The notes under the pieces: model-generated
Database searches by the model: none
Told to the model about the DNA's origin: nothing
The model's input: the letters and a program-made list of their open reading frames with translations, nothing else
DNA from: Macrostomum lignano
Taxonomy: Eukaryota
Reading direction: 5' to 3'
Length of the DNA stretch: 58,444 nucleotides
NCBI GenBank assembly: GCA_002269645.1
Contig: NIVC01004140.1
Coordinates: 1-58,444 of the forward strand
Shown here: positions 23,101 to 34,370 of the stretch, piece by piece
How the letters are laid out: every line of letters starts with the position of its first letter
How positions within the stretch are numbered: the first letter of the stretch is position 1
Translations under genes and position numbers: made by a program

Positions 23101-24338
23101 GCCCAACACCAGCATCACCGCCGAGCTCTACTGTAACCAGCTGCAGAATGTGGCCGACTGCCTCCACACACAGCGTCCAGGGCGTCAGCATGTTCGCTTC
23201 CTTCATGACAACGCTCGGCCGCACACCGCCAATTTGACCCGACAAAAGCTGCTGGATCTGGGCTGGGAAGTGCTGCCCCACCCACCGTACAGCCCCGATC
23301 TGGCCCCTACAGACTACCATCTTTTTCGAGCGCTGCACCATCATCTGAAAGAGAAAACGTTTGAAGATGACAAAGGGGTCAAGGACTGCATTACTAACTT
23401 TTTTGAATCACAGCCCAAGGATTTCTACAGAGCTGGCATCCAAAGTCTGCCCTCTCGTTGGCAGAGGGTCATCGATTGCGATGGCAATTATTTTACTGAG
23501 TAACACTGCTGCATTCCTATAAAAACTCGCTCCAACATATTTTAGTCAAAACGGACAGAATTTTCCTAACAGCCCAATATATTCTCTCTATACTTAGAAT
23601 AGAGAACATATAGAAAAGAAAGGAAAGCTAGCCAAACCAACCATAGTTCTTTATGCATGAGTTAGCTAATCATACTCTAACATTGATAGCAACTAAACAG
23701 CCTATTTCAAGCACTAAAAAGTAGTCTTTTGCAAATTAAACAGCCTTGGCCTAGTATTACTAAAACTATAAAAAGATGAAATCTTAGAATAAGCCTAATT
23801 CACTAAAAAATACCTAACTAGTTCTATAGTTGGGCATCAGGGCCTACTCCCTACATGGCCTAAACTAGGCATATGGCTATAGAAGCCCAGCCTACTAGTA
23901 AAACAATATAAAAAACTATTTAGCTTCATTTAACTTTAGGCCCTAATAAATATATTTGTAGGAGTTAATAGATATTTGATAGTTAGGCACACAAAACTAC
24001 ATTCATTTTAAGCCATATGCACTCAAGCAATTTATTTATTTTTTCAAATCCTGCAGAATTTTGTATACAATATGCAATAGCATTTGTAACAATTACTAGG
24101 ATTAGGCCTGGGCCTAGTAAGTAAGCAAAAAATTACTTACAAAAATGAATTTCACATCAGGCTCATTATGGCTAAGTGCAAGACTGCCACGGGAAAAGTT
24201 ATGATAAGTTCTTGTCTTTCGAATGAAGAATAGTAGGTACTTCGAATCATAAAATGACGCAGCAGAATTTGCCAATCGTTGCACTGGTTTCACTACTCTA
24301 TTCGAAGAGCGCCTACTTGAACCAGCCGCAAGATCCAT
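20189..24338 (-). CDS. Spliced accessory protein of CMC element 2 (390 aa, BEN-like C-terminus)
   Basis: Exons 24338-24141, 21732-21168, 21011-20917, 20699-20510, 20313-20189; all GT-AG, phases compatible, no internal stop. C-terminus TSKFIRAYASARYGVEYVQSHVFGEYKGTTQRPKAP...WTAVKDSLNRL has a BEN-like pattern (judged by eye). Confidence 0.75.
22328..23577 (+). mobile_element. Mariner transposon (cecropia/elegans-like), 1250 bp, in intron 1 of the CMC-2 accessory gene
   Basis: 30-bp TIRs TTGGGYTGTTAGGAAARTTCTGTCCGTTTT (2 mismatches); TA TSD at 22326-27 and 23578-79. Confidence 0.95.
22472..23503 (+). pseudogene. Mariner DD34D transposase, 343 codons, one premature TAG
   Basis: Motifs WTPHDL, TGDEKW, HDNARPH, YSPDLAPTDY; single stop at 23063-65 (probably TGG>TAG in MLCCWW). 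Confidence 0.93.
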
Positions 24339-25781
24339 TCAAGATCCACCAACTCTTAGTGTCTGAAGTCAATAAATTCAAACCTATAATAATAATATAT
24401 TAACTGAATTGGAATAATTAGAAATTGGAATAATTGTCACACCAGATTGATTAATGCAATTAAATTGTTGAGAGGATGTCATAAAATAGTGAAGAAAACA
24501 AAGCTTTTATTTCGACAATCAAAATCGATTGAACAAGCTATGTTATAGAGAAATAACAAAAGCGACCCAATTTTTGCGTACGAATGTAAGTTTGTTTGCT
24601 AGATAAGAACCTGAAATAGAAATTTAATTACGAATTTCGCTTCGAGCAACAAAATAATCCAGCACGCAATTAGACCGCCATTTTAATTTCAATTTGTGAT
24701 GGTCTAATTCGCTACGGCTGGATATAAAAAATGCATTTGTAATTTGATAATTGTTACAGAAAATAATGCATTTTTATCGCACCACGTTTTATTATTTGTT
24801 CTTCAAAGTTAGCAACGGAAGTATAATTTATAAATACACAGATGCGCAATAAAGCCAATCTTGAACTAAATTCATGCTTATTTTGTTAAATAGTGTAGAT
24901 AGAACTTTTACTAAAAATGCATTAAAAATGCACGTACATATAATGCACCAAGAATGCACTATTTTGTCATTAGATTCTGAAAATGCATTATTTGTCCATT
25001 TTGGGTCCCTAGGGTATAACGTCTCCTTCCGTCTAAAAAGACAAACAATGCAATGCAAGATCACTGTTAATAAAATAGCAGTAGCATTTTCATAATTTTG
25101 CGTAATTTTTTGTTATGTAACGGCAAAAGCAATCGTTTTATATTGTTGTGGTGCGCATGTAAATTACGCACATCTTAAAACCTTTTCAAAAAGAATGCAC
25201 GAGCATACATTGATTGCAAAGAGGAGATACATGCGAACTTGTACTTTCAAGACAATGTGAAAAAATTTTCTGGATCTACAGCTAGTATACTTTCACAATG
25301 GATACGCGCTTTGCTTAATCAGCTGAAAACCTTGTGGAGGGTGACTCTAGAAACAGTGGCCACTTGTGAAGAGGATTTTTAAAATTCAATAAACATTGAC
25401 GTAACTATTGCAATATAACTCTACATGTATGAGAATGGCTGTAAACGCAACATTCACAAAATGTGTGAAACGCAAGAAAAAATCCCTGATTGTGCTCTCA
25501 GTTTATCTGGCTTCCCCATTTTTTCTATTGCTTTTTACTTTCACAGACTTTCACTGACCGCGGTCACCATGTGAACAGCAGTTATGTATATGTAAAGAAG
25601 CAAAAATGAAGAACAAAAGAAAAAAAAGAAAAAAACAAAACAAAAAAGCAATTAGTGCGTGGCTGCAAACAGCACTAAATTCGTGATAACTTAACGATAA
25701 GAGGCAAAAAGTTGTTAGTAAAAAATCAATTGTCTCACAATTCTATCATATTGATAAGTTCTCCATCGATTTGGCTGAAGC

Positions 25782-27074
25782 TAGGGGTGTTCGGGGTTCG
25801 GGGTCGGGTCGGGTTTCGGGTCGGGTTTTGGTACCGGGTTCGGGGTTCGGGGTAGGTGTTCCGGGTCGGGTTCGGGGTTCGGGGTAGGGGTACCGGGTTC
25901 GGGGTTCGGGTCGGGTTTGGCCACCGGGTTTTCGGGGTTTTCGGGGTTTTGAACAATTATCATTCTCAAGAGTATTTTCAAGCACTTTTTACTCCTTATG
26001 CAAAATCCACAATGCGAAAGATATGCATTGAGTTTCAGGTACAACTTAAGTTATATTTTACATACAATTTGAAACGGAAATAGCAGATAGAACCATGGAT
26101 TCATTTACACTTTCTGGTAAATAACGATTGTCGTTTTTCGACCCATTCAGTCTTGCAGTTGATGATTTAAAAAATTACGTTCAGTAATAATTTTACATGT
26201 GCTACGTGTAACATGGTCTGAACTTCTGGATTGGATGAGGAAGCTTAAAATTTATAAATACACTAATATTCTCCACGCATCAGTCGCCAATAATCAATTA
26301 TCACAATGATTACCTACTCATATCAGCATACAATTTTATGTAAAGACGTCACTTTAGTTTTTACAAAGCAATTCTGTTATACCACTACTGACTTACTGTT
26401 AACTGTAGTCAAAAGTAAAAATAAATATATATTTGTGATTAACTCTCCTGTTTCATTGTATCATTGTTTTATCTGTGCTATCTCTTTATCGCTCTAGTTC
26501 TATCTCTACTGATATCTACACTACAGGGTATAATCTAATTTTATTGTACTCTATTTTTGCAGCTTAAATAAACTCATAGATGTAATATTACTATGAAAGC
26601 GATTTCGTTGTAAGTATAGGTACGAAATGGTCCTGATTTTAGTTGTGAACTTTCATGTATCTTACTATTAGATCTTGGGTCTTGGTAATCCTTCCATCTC
26701 AATCCCAATCCCATTGCAAGAAGTGTTTCATATTTCTTTTCCTAGTTGTAGAGTAGCTAAGGGAAATAAAACCACAAGGCTAAGTGGTTGAAGCTGTTAA
26801 GGCACATCTCAATATATAAAACTGAATTTAAAACTGAAATTCAAAACTGAAAACTGAAAAATTGAAAACTGAAAACTGAATTTATTAAAATGATTGACCA
26901 AAATAAGCGTGAAAATGTTCGGGGTTACGTTCGGGGTCGGGTCGGGTTTTGGTACCGGGTTCGGGGTTCGGGGTTGGAAGAAATGTTCGGGACGGGGTTC
27001 GGGGTTCGGGGTAGGGGTACCGGGTTCGGGGTAAACCCCGAACCCCGAAAAAATGGCCGACCCGAACACCCCTA
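25782..27074. mobile_element. Non-autonomous hAT element, 1293 bp
   Basis: TIRs TAGGGGTGTTCGGG / CCCGAACACCCCTA; perfect 8-bp TSD GCTGAAGC (25774-81, 27075-82); subterminal (GGGGTTC)n arrays; no transposase. Confidence 0.93.
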
Positions 27075-28489
27075 GCTGAAGCACGTCGTGAAGCTGTCGT
27101 TTGTTGGCGTTGGGGAAATGTTGCCCATTTGTGTATGCAGCAGTCGAGGATGTTTGGGCTTTGTCGACTCGCAGTAGTTGGCCTGGGCCATCGAGGATGC
27201 TGCAGCAGAAGCTGACGATGCAGCTGCAGCAGAAGCTGAGGATGCAGCTGCAGCAGAAGCTGAGGATGTAGGTATAGCAGAAACTGCCTGCAGCCGTATC
27301 GTTCGACTTCTCGCCTTGCGATCGTATCGGAGAACTTTTCTCACCGCCCTGAATCCGTCGGCCAGGGTGACCCCATCCAGCTGCTTGATAACGAATGCAG
27401 CAATCGCCGTAGCTCTAGGGTCGTATGCCCTGTCAGCGATGACATCCTCGAGGCGCGGACTCCTGCCGGGGTTTCCACCTGAAGGTTGATTTTAAGTTTA
27501 TGAAATGCATTTCTTTGTTTGGTTTCTAGGGAAAGGTGGGATGATAATTTTGGCAAGGATGGTTGTAGGAATTGCAGTGTGAAATAAAAAATGTGAATGT
27601 ACGCTCGTAAACTTTTTTGTTGAATATATCGTTTGACACTTAACTTTACAAACAGGAAGCAATGACTTAGTCTGGCGCTCTTCTACTGGGACAAGAGCAT
27701 CTAAAAGCGATCGCGTCAATGCGTCTAACGCCTTAGCAACCGGCATCCCGACGACTTTTGCAGTTGCCGCGGTCAGTAGACTGCACTGAATTCTGATCGC
27801 CGGGAGATGGTCGCTTAAAGCAATGGTGTTGGCCTCGGTGGTGCATACAGCCTCGTTCACGGCGTCGTTTCTGTTGCCGTCCAATGGGCTACGTTGCAGG
27901 TCAATGGCACCTGATATTGTAGCCTGAGCTGACGAGCCTGATCTGACAGCGTTCCAGATGTCATCGACCTTGCCCAGGAGATTGTGCCTGCTTATTTCTT
28001 CGAGCACGCTGAGCTCCCTGCGCATCTCTCTGTGGCACTCGTCGAGTTCGGTCCGTAGCTGCTTCACCTCCGCGTCCAACACTTGGCACCTCCTGCACTG
28101 TTGTGGCAGAGGCACCTGTCTTGTAGGCTGGCCGGCATTGCTGCTCGTTCTGCAAACCTGATTATATGAACGTAGGAGCAATGCATATTATAATTATATA
28201 ATGCAATTATAATATCCATATATGAATACATGCATTGTAATGTCAACATCATTTAACAGAAGCTTCTCACCTTGCTTATAGTGCTGGCCACGGAGCTTGC
28301 CAACTCAGTTGTCGGAAGCGCCTCGGTAAGCACCATGCACTGGTGCAGTTTGTCTCCAAGCTGTACGGAGGCTTTCGTTCCATAGCAGACTTTCGTGGCT
28401 GCAGTTGACTCTACGATTATGCAGGATATCGCGGCAGCCATAATTTCTTTCGACCCTTGTGTCAGCTGGATAACAAATGCGCTTTCCAT
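27072..28489 (-). CDS. Spliced accessory protein of CMC element 1 (coiled coil + BEN-like), last exon interrupted by the hAT element
   Basis: Exons 28489-28271, 28157-27650, 27478-27075, GT-AG and phase compatible; LTRSLLDALVPVEERQTKSLL...AIAAFVIKQL...FRAVRKVLRYDRK is BEN-like; the original end continues at 25773-25735 (QIDGELINMIEL*). Confidence 0.7.
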
Positions 28490-29302
28490 TGTACACTTTC
28501 TGCAATAAGGAAATCCCGAGAATAATTGATTGAGCTGGGTAATTGATTTCTCTGCCCAAATATCGACTAATTTGCCCGAAAGTTCCTATAATTGACTACA
28601 CTTCCCCAGCCTCAGTTTCATATTTTCGCCTGCAGCTGTCGCATTAATATAGCTAGCTACATTGTGCTTTATAAAGGATGAACAAACGTAGAATTTGGTT
28701 GAAAGTTGCACATGGTTAGCACACGCACGATTTTATTTTAGCATGCAAGGAAATAAAAGAAAATAAATAATAATCGAATCGATAAGCAAAGGGTGAGCAA
28801 AGCAGTTAACACAGATGAGTAAACAACTGAATAGAGCAAATAAATGAAATGTGTTGCATAGCTGGAGACGGTCTATGGTGCTGGCGACCTCAAACGCGTG
28901 CGGGTGGCGTGTGCTGCGGCAACCAGGTACTGTAGCGATGAGCTATCAGGGGAATAGACTCGGTTGAAAAGTAGAGCTTCGGGTGACTTGGGGGGGGGCG
29001 TCTGGGATTTGGGAGCGGGGCCCGGGGGGAACCGCGATGACAGGGGTTTGGAAGTAAAGCCGTAGGGTCTGTGCATCTGTCCAAATTGGTTGTCAAGAAA
29101 GTTCGCTCAAATAGTTTTTCAATAAGCTATCACACCCGTGGTCTCGAAGGCCATGATCTGTCCTTAACCACCGTCGCCAAGCAACCATTAACGTCATCCG
29201 CCAGCTACGTTTTGTTGGATGGGTTAAGATGGAGAGTGGTAGGCCATTTCATCCCTTTTCACAATAGAGGTGAAAAGCCAGCGGGCACAGATTGGCATAC
29301 TT

Positions 29303-32300
29303 TTACGATGATGCAGACTGAATACAGGGCAGAATAGCCAGCTGCCGACGAGTGACAGCGCAATGAGCCGTAATGGCAGTGGCAGCAATGAGCACGACTT
29401 CCCCTTCACCCTCTGCATCAAATGGGTTCACATCGGCATGGAAGTCACGAATATGTCCAACAGTGCAGCCCTGATGTTCAGCGTCGTACTTCTGCGATGG
29501 GTCACAGTCAGCAAGTGCAACTGTCGGAAGGACCTTGAGCGTCAGAATAATTTCGTCGTTCTGTAGGCTGATGCATTCAACTCGACCGTAGGCATTGCCA
29601 CCGTTAACTGGGTGTTTGAATTGCAAGAATGCATTTGATGGCCGGATTCTACGATCCCTACGGAAGCATTGGACTTGCAAGCGCCCCATTGAAGTTGGAA
29701 TGATAGCTTTAACCAGTTTGGCAGGGTTCGCACCGGAAAATTCAATTCCTGCCGCAGTCTTCCGTACCGGGCGCCGTTGCGCTTCACGGATTTGCAGCCT
29801 CATCTCTGCAGGTAGTGTCTCTTTCAGCTGCAGCATGCCTAGTCGCCGACTGATTCTGTTTCGAATTTCTACGTCCATTTTTTGGCATCCATGAATCATC
29901 GATCGCAGCCTCTGGTGGCATGTTTCGTAAATTCCTGCGCTCAGATCCCCCAGTGGCCCGAAGTTGATCACAGCGGCAACTAGATGGTGGAAAACTTGAT
30001 GAGAGTTGTACGTGAGAAACGACTCGCCGAAGTGACGCTTGAACAGATCCTGTGCAACACTTAGGGAATGTTGCGCGCGTTCCACTTCCATCTGTGGAGC
30101 TCCAGGCAGTGTGAGCCAATAACAGGCACTGGAGAGCATCACGACGGCGTCGTACAGAATGTCGTCAACATAGAGACGAAGAACCAGTGGTCCAAGAACT
30201 AACAGCCAGACTTGGTACTCGTGACCCCTGAAATGCTTAAGGTCACACAGCGAACGCGCCGGGGTGCGTTGGACCGCAGCACTCGGCAGCACGACGGCTT
30301 TGACAGCAACGTCTACCTCTGTGAGGATGTGGTGCAAATTTGGGCTGTCAAAGCGCTGCAACTTAGGGCGCTCTTTGTCTGTTGATGGCAGGAACAGCAC
30401 GCGCATGAGCCAGCGCTGCAGACCCAGATAAAGCGCGTGCAACGAACAGGGCGGGGTTTGTACAATAAAATCGAAGCCTCGTAATTGGCTCAAGCAAGAT
30501 AATCCCTTCACGCCGAGGAGCGGCTGCCGCATGCGCTGCTCACTCACAGACTCGGCCAACTGGAAGGTGTCCGATGCAGAGCGTAGCAAATTCTCTTGCG
30601 GTTGGCATCCATAGTCAAGAAGCGTTGAGCAAATCTCTGCTTCGACAGGGCAGTGCACAGGGTAATATCGAGCTGCCTCTCGTCCTGGAATAGGGAAAGA
30701 CTGATGGTAGCAGTTGTCGCACCCATGCATCCCATTGAACTGCTGCAGCTTTAAAGCATCCGCACGCTGAGGGGCGTCCATCAGAAACTTCAATGGGTGC
30801 ATATACATACGTTGCTCAATTCCCTCGCGTACCACAATGAAGCCAACTTCTGCAATCGAATTCAGTGCATCAATTACCTTTGGCAGGAACAAATTGCAAT
30901 TGGCCTTTTTGCCGTTGCCGTACCACAGCCCCACAAGTACTGAATTGGTAAGCTGCAAGTCACGTGGCATTTCATTTATGGTGAGATACACAGGTGTGAT
31001 GCTGAAGGGACTAGTTGAAAACAATGGGAACGCATCCATAGACAGAGAATACGTCAGGTCAGTCTTACGCTCCAGACGCTCCCTGCCAAATCGATCAATC
31101 AGTGAACGGTACATGGTACTGTTCGCCATCGAACTATGGGAGCCATCGGCAGTGCAGTCAATGGGGAACGTGATGCACTCATGAACATTAGATTGTAAAA
31201 CAGCACGCAGTTGTTGCCGAATGTCAAAGACCATGAAGTCAATCTTTGTTGTCGCGTCACATGATTGACAGGCTAATCCTTCTTCCAGCTCATTGCTGCA
31301 CTCACTGCAGTAAATGAACTTCTGGCTGATGCGAGGCCGAGGGAAGTGCCGCCAGAGGTCGTAGCTGCTCTTAAACGATGTTGTGCCCGGTGGAAGCAGA
31401 CATTCGCTGGCTCGGAGCCAATCGCTGGTCTCAGCCCGAGACAGTCCCAACCTCGCTGAACACTCGGCCAAGATGATAGCGCACTGTAATTTAGTCGATC
31501 GGCACTCGGGATACAATGCAGCACCCATCCCAGCGGGCTCGGGATCATCTGCCGGATCATCAAGTGGCTCCTCGTTTGTCCGTTCTGGCTCTGACATTTC
31601 TTCGACAAAGCTGTCTGTGTCTGCAGTCGAAGACTCATTCGAGCCAAAAACTGCAACCATCACGTCCTCTGGCTCCAGCTCGCCATCCACATGAGACTCC
31701 TGCTGCGGTTGCTCCAACCCATCTAACTCATGCTCACGCTCTGGCTCTAACCCATGCTCACGCTCTGGCTCTAAACCATGCTCACGCTCTGGCTCTAACC
31801 CATGCTCACGCTCTGGCTCTAACCCATGCTCACGCTCTGGCTCTAAACCATGCTCACGCTCTGGCTCTAACCCATGCTCACGCTCTGGCTCTAACACATG
31901 CTCACGCTCTGGCTCTAACCCATGCTCACGCTCTGGCTCTAACCCATGCTCACGCTCTGGCTCTAACCCATGCTCACGCTCTGGCTCTAACCCATGCTCA
32001 CGCTCTGGCTCTAACCCATGCTCACGCTCTGGCTCTAAACCATGCTCACGCTCTGGCTCTAACCCATGCTTACGCTCTGGCTCTAACCCATGCTCACGCT
32101 CTGGCTCTAAACCATGCTCACGCTCTGGCTCTAACTCATGCTCACGCTCTGGCTCTAAACCATGCTCACGCTCTGGCTCTAACTCATGCTCATCCTCTAA
32201 CTCAGGCCACATAGGTGTTCCACAATTTTGCTTATCCTCCATCCTACGGAATTGTTTTCGGGAAGAACCTGCTGCTTCAGAGAATACATTGGAGTCAGGG

Positions 32301-32416
32301 GCTGCCGAATCACCTTGCTGAGCAGCACCAGAGGCAGCTTGACTAGCCAATCGACGACGGCGCTGAGTCCAGTAGCTGACTCTCTTGTCAGTTGGAACTG
32401 ACCGTCCATGAAACAT
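29303..32416 (-). CDS. CMC/EnSpm DDE transposase, 1037 aa, uninterrupted, with 19 EPEREHGL repeats
   Basis: Motifs LSMDAFPLF (D), LMDAPQR (D), QFNGMHGCDNC, PCSLH (C-x2-H), FRGHEYQ, YNSHQVFHHL...FGPL...SAGIYE (E). Confidence 0.92.
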   Translation of the reverse strand: MFHGRSVPTDKRVSYWTQRRRRLASQAASGAAQQGDSAAPDSNVFSEAAGSSRKQFRRMEDKQNCGTPMWPELEDEHELEPEREHGLEPEREHELEPEREHGLEPEREHGLEPERKHGLEPEREHGLEPEREHGLEPEREHGLEPEREHGLEPEREHGLEPEREHGLEPEREHVLEPEREHGLEPEREHGLEPEREHGLEPEREHGLEPEREHGLEPEREHGLEPEREHELDGLEQPQQESHVDGELEPEDVMVAVFGSNESSTADTDSFVEEMSEPERTNEEPLDDPADDPEPAGMGAALYPECRSTKLQCAIILAECSARLGLSRAETSDWLRASECLLPPGTTSFKSSYDLWRHFPRPRISQKFIYCSECSNELEEGLACQSCDATTKIDFMVFDIRQQLRAVLQSNVHECITFPIDCTADGSHSSMANSTMYRSLIDRFGRERLERKTDLTYSLSMDAFPLFSTSPFSITPVYLTINEMPRDLQLTNSVLVGLWYGNGKKANCNLFLPKVIDALNSIAEVGFIVVREGIEQRMYMHPLKFLMDAPQRADALKLQQFNGMHGCDNCYHQSFPIPGREAARYYPVHCPVEAEICSTLLDYGCQPQENLLRSASDTFQLAESVSEQRMRQPLLGVKGLSCLSQLRGFDFIVQTPPCSLHALYLGLQRWLMRVLFLPSTDKERPKLQRFDSPNLHHILTEVDVAVKAVVLPSAAVQRTPARSLCDLKHFRGHEYQVWLLVLGPLVLRLYVDDILYDAVVMLSSACYWLTLPGAPQMEVERAQHSLSVAQDLFKRHFGESFLTYNSHQVFHHLVAAVINFGPLGDLSAGIYETCHQRLRSMIHGCQKMDVEIRNRISRRLGMLQLKETLPAEMRLQIREAQRRPVRKTAAGIEFSGANPAKLVKAIIPTSMGRLQVQCFRRDRRIRPSNAFLQFKHPVNGGNAYGRVECISLQNDEIILTLKVLPTVALADCDPSQKYDAEHQGCTVGHIRDFHADVNPFDAEGEGEVVLIAATAITAHCAVTRRQLAILPCIQSASS
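31725..32200 (-). repeat. Coding 24-bp minisatellite (EPEREHGL)19 in the transposase N-terminus
   Basis: + strand CCATGCTCACGCTCTGGCTCTAAC repeated, frame preserved. Confidence 0.95.
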
Positions 32417-34370
32417 TATCTGGCGGTAGTATGTGACATTTCATACATTAATATAGTGAATAAATCAAACTTGTGTTTCAATATAAAATTATAGCAAATG
32501 AATAGTATACATCTAAAGGAAATAATTGGTTGTACAATGTTTGCATCTGATGAATTTGTTTATTATATTAAATTATATATTTAGCAAAAATTTTTTTGCA
32601 AAAAATAAAGAGGAAGCACAACTTGACAATGAACATATAATCAGACAGACAGAAACATGTTAAACTTCTAAACATGTTAAGCCATTACTTTTAGCATTTA
32701 AAATACATTAAGAAAAGTATTAAAAATTTCATAAAGCTAATTTGAATTCATCAATAAATACCAACACTTCGTTGTAAATATCGACATATAGCAAAGAACA
32801 AGATTAGGCAAACTAGTATAGCTTTAATTAAAGTGTCCTAATGTGTCTAAAGTATTTGCAATACAATAAGCAATGCAATACATAAGTATTGCATATCTAA
32901 TAGCAACTTCTCAGCAACACTACATAATAGTAAATCCAAATATATAAATACTAATACTAATAATAATAGGCCCCAATTTAATATTAGTTGTAAATTAGTA
33001 CTAATAATACATATATATGTATATATACCACAATTATCATCGATATAGTTTTTCATTTCCATTTCATTTTCACTTTTTAGGTTCAAATTACTTTTTATCT
33101 TTTTGCAACACTGAATTATATTCGAGTATCTAAACATTTGGGGCCTACACTTTAAATCTACTCTGGTTTATATTTTCAAAATTTAAAAGCATATCAAATA
33201 CATTAGGTTCACACACATGACATAGAATAAACAGCTCCAATGATCTATCCCAGTAATGAAATTAAATTACTCTGTCTAGAGGTTATAAGGAACAATCAGC
33301 TTTGCAATTATACTTAAATGCAATGTTATATTTGCATCTTGAGACAAAGCTAACAGACTTAAGATGTATTTTATATGCATAGGGTCTTTAAGTCAGCTTT
33401 GCGAATAAGATAATGATGTGAACAATAAATAATGTATTATATATATATAAAAGTAGACAGTATAGACAAAAATGGTGCTTTTCAGTTTTCATGAATTGTC
33501 AAATTACGTATTTCACAACAAAATTATGTATGGAATTACACTCTTCAAGTAATCAAAGCTTAATTTAAGTTAGCTATAAAATATTCATTGATCATTCGGA
33601 TCGCTTTTTTACAATATACTTTTTTACAATTTTACAATTTTTACAGTATACGCGTTGACTTTATTTACTTATAACTGTTACAGAACACTAAATTACTTTC
33701 ATAAAAGCATACCACTAAAACTTTGTTTTTTTACATACGAACAACCCATGGCCCAAGTTGGTGACAAATGCGCCAGGTCACTTGGCTCTTCGACCTGGCG
33801 CAGTAAGTCAGTTTTTTCCCAGCGGGATGTTAACTGCATGCCCATTATACATGTATTCGATAGGTTAAATGTTCCGATGCGAATATTCTAGATGCAAATG
33901 CGTCACCTATGCACACTCTCTCATACCCATATGCATCCGGGCGTCAATGAATCTTAAGCATTTGTGTTTTATGCAATCTGCATACAATACATGTGTCCAC
34001 GTACATGGTGCATTTATACTATCAAAAGTCAAAACGCATCGAGAGGACTGCTAATAGTCCCCTGTGGAGTCGTGAAAATTGGTGGACTGCAGCGTGCGCC
34101 TTCCCACCCCTCCACCCCGCTGTGCGCAGTCAACCGAAGCTGATCCCCCGCAGCGAATCTTGATATCCGGTAATGCTCTCGAAGCATATCATGCACGATT
34201 CACGCACATCATGCCATATTGTAAGCCATTTTACTCCCTGTCATGCTTAACACTAAAGTGCTAAGCCAGTGTTAAGTCCCTTACACCCCACCAGTTCCAA
34301 AGTCACCCCACCCTAACGATCCGAACTGCTATATAAATGGAAGTCCCGTCAAAGTCACAATTAAATCAGT

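Larger units (their letters stand above)
16332..25014 (-). mobile_element. CMC/EnSpm element 2 (8683 bp), nested in element 1
   Basis: 35-bp TIRs CCCTAGGGACCCAWAATGGRYAAATAATGCATTTT (3 mismatches); TA 2-bp TSD at 16330-31 and 25015-16; encodes a 798-aa transposase and a 5-exon accessory gene. Confidence 0.92.
15964..33826 (-). mobile_element. CMC/EnSpm element 1 (~7.9 kb native), nested in the MULE
   Basis: 14-bp TIR CCCGCTGGGAAAAA at both ends, with shared subterminal TGCGCCAGGT and CACCAACTTGG; 2-bp flanks GT/AT (imperfect TSD); encodes the transposase at 32416-29303 and an accessory gene. Confidence 0.8.
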
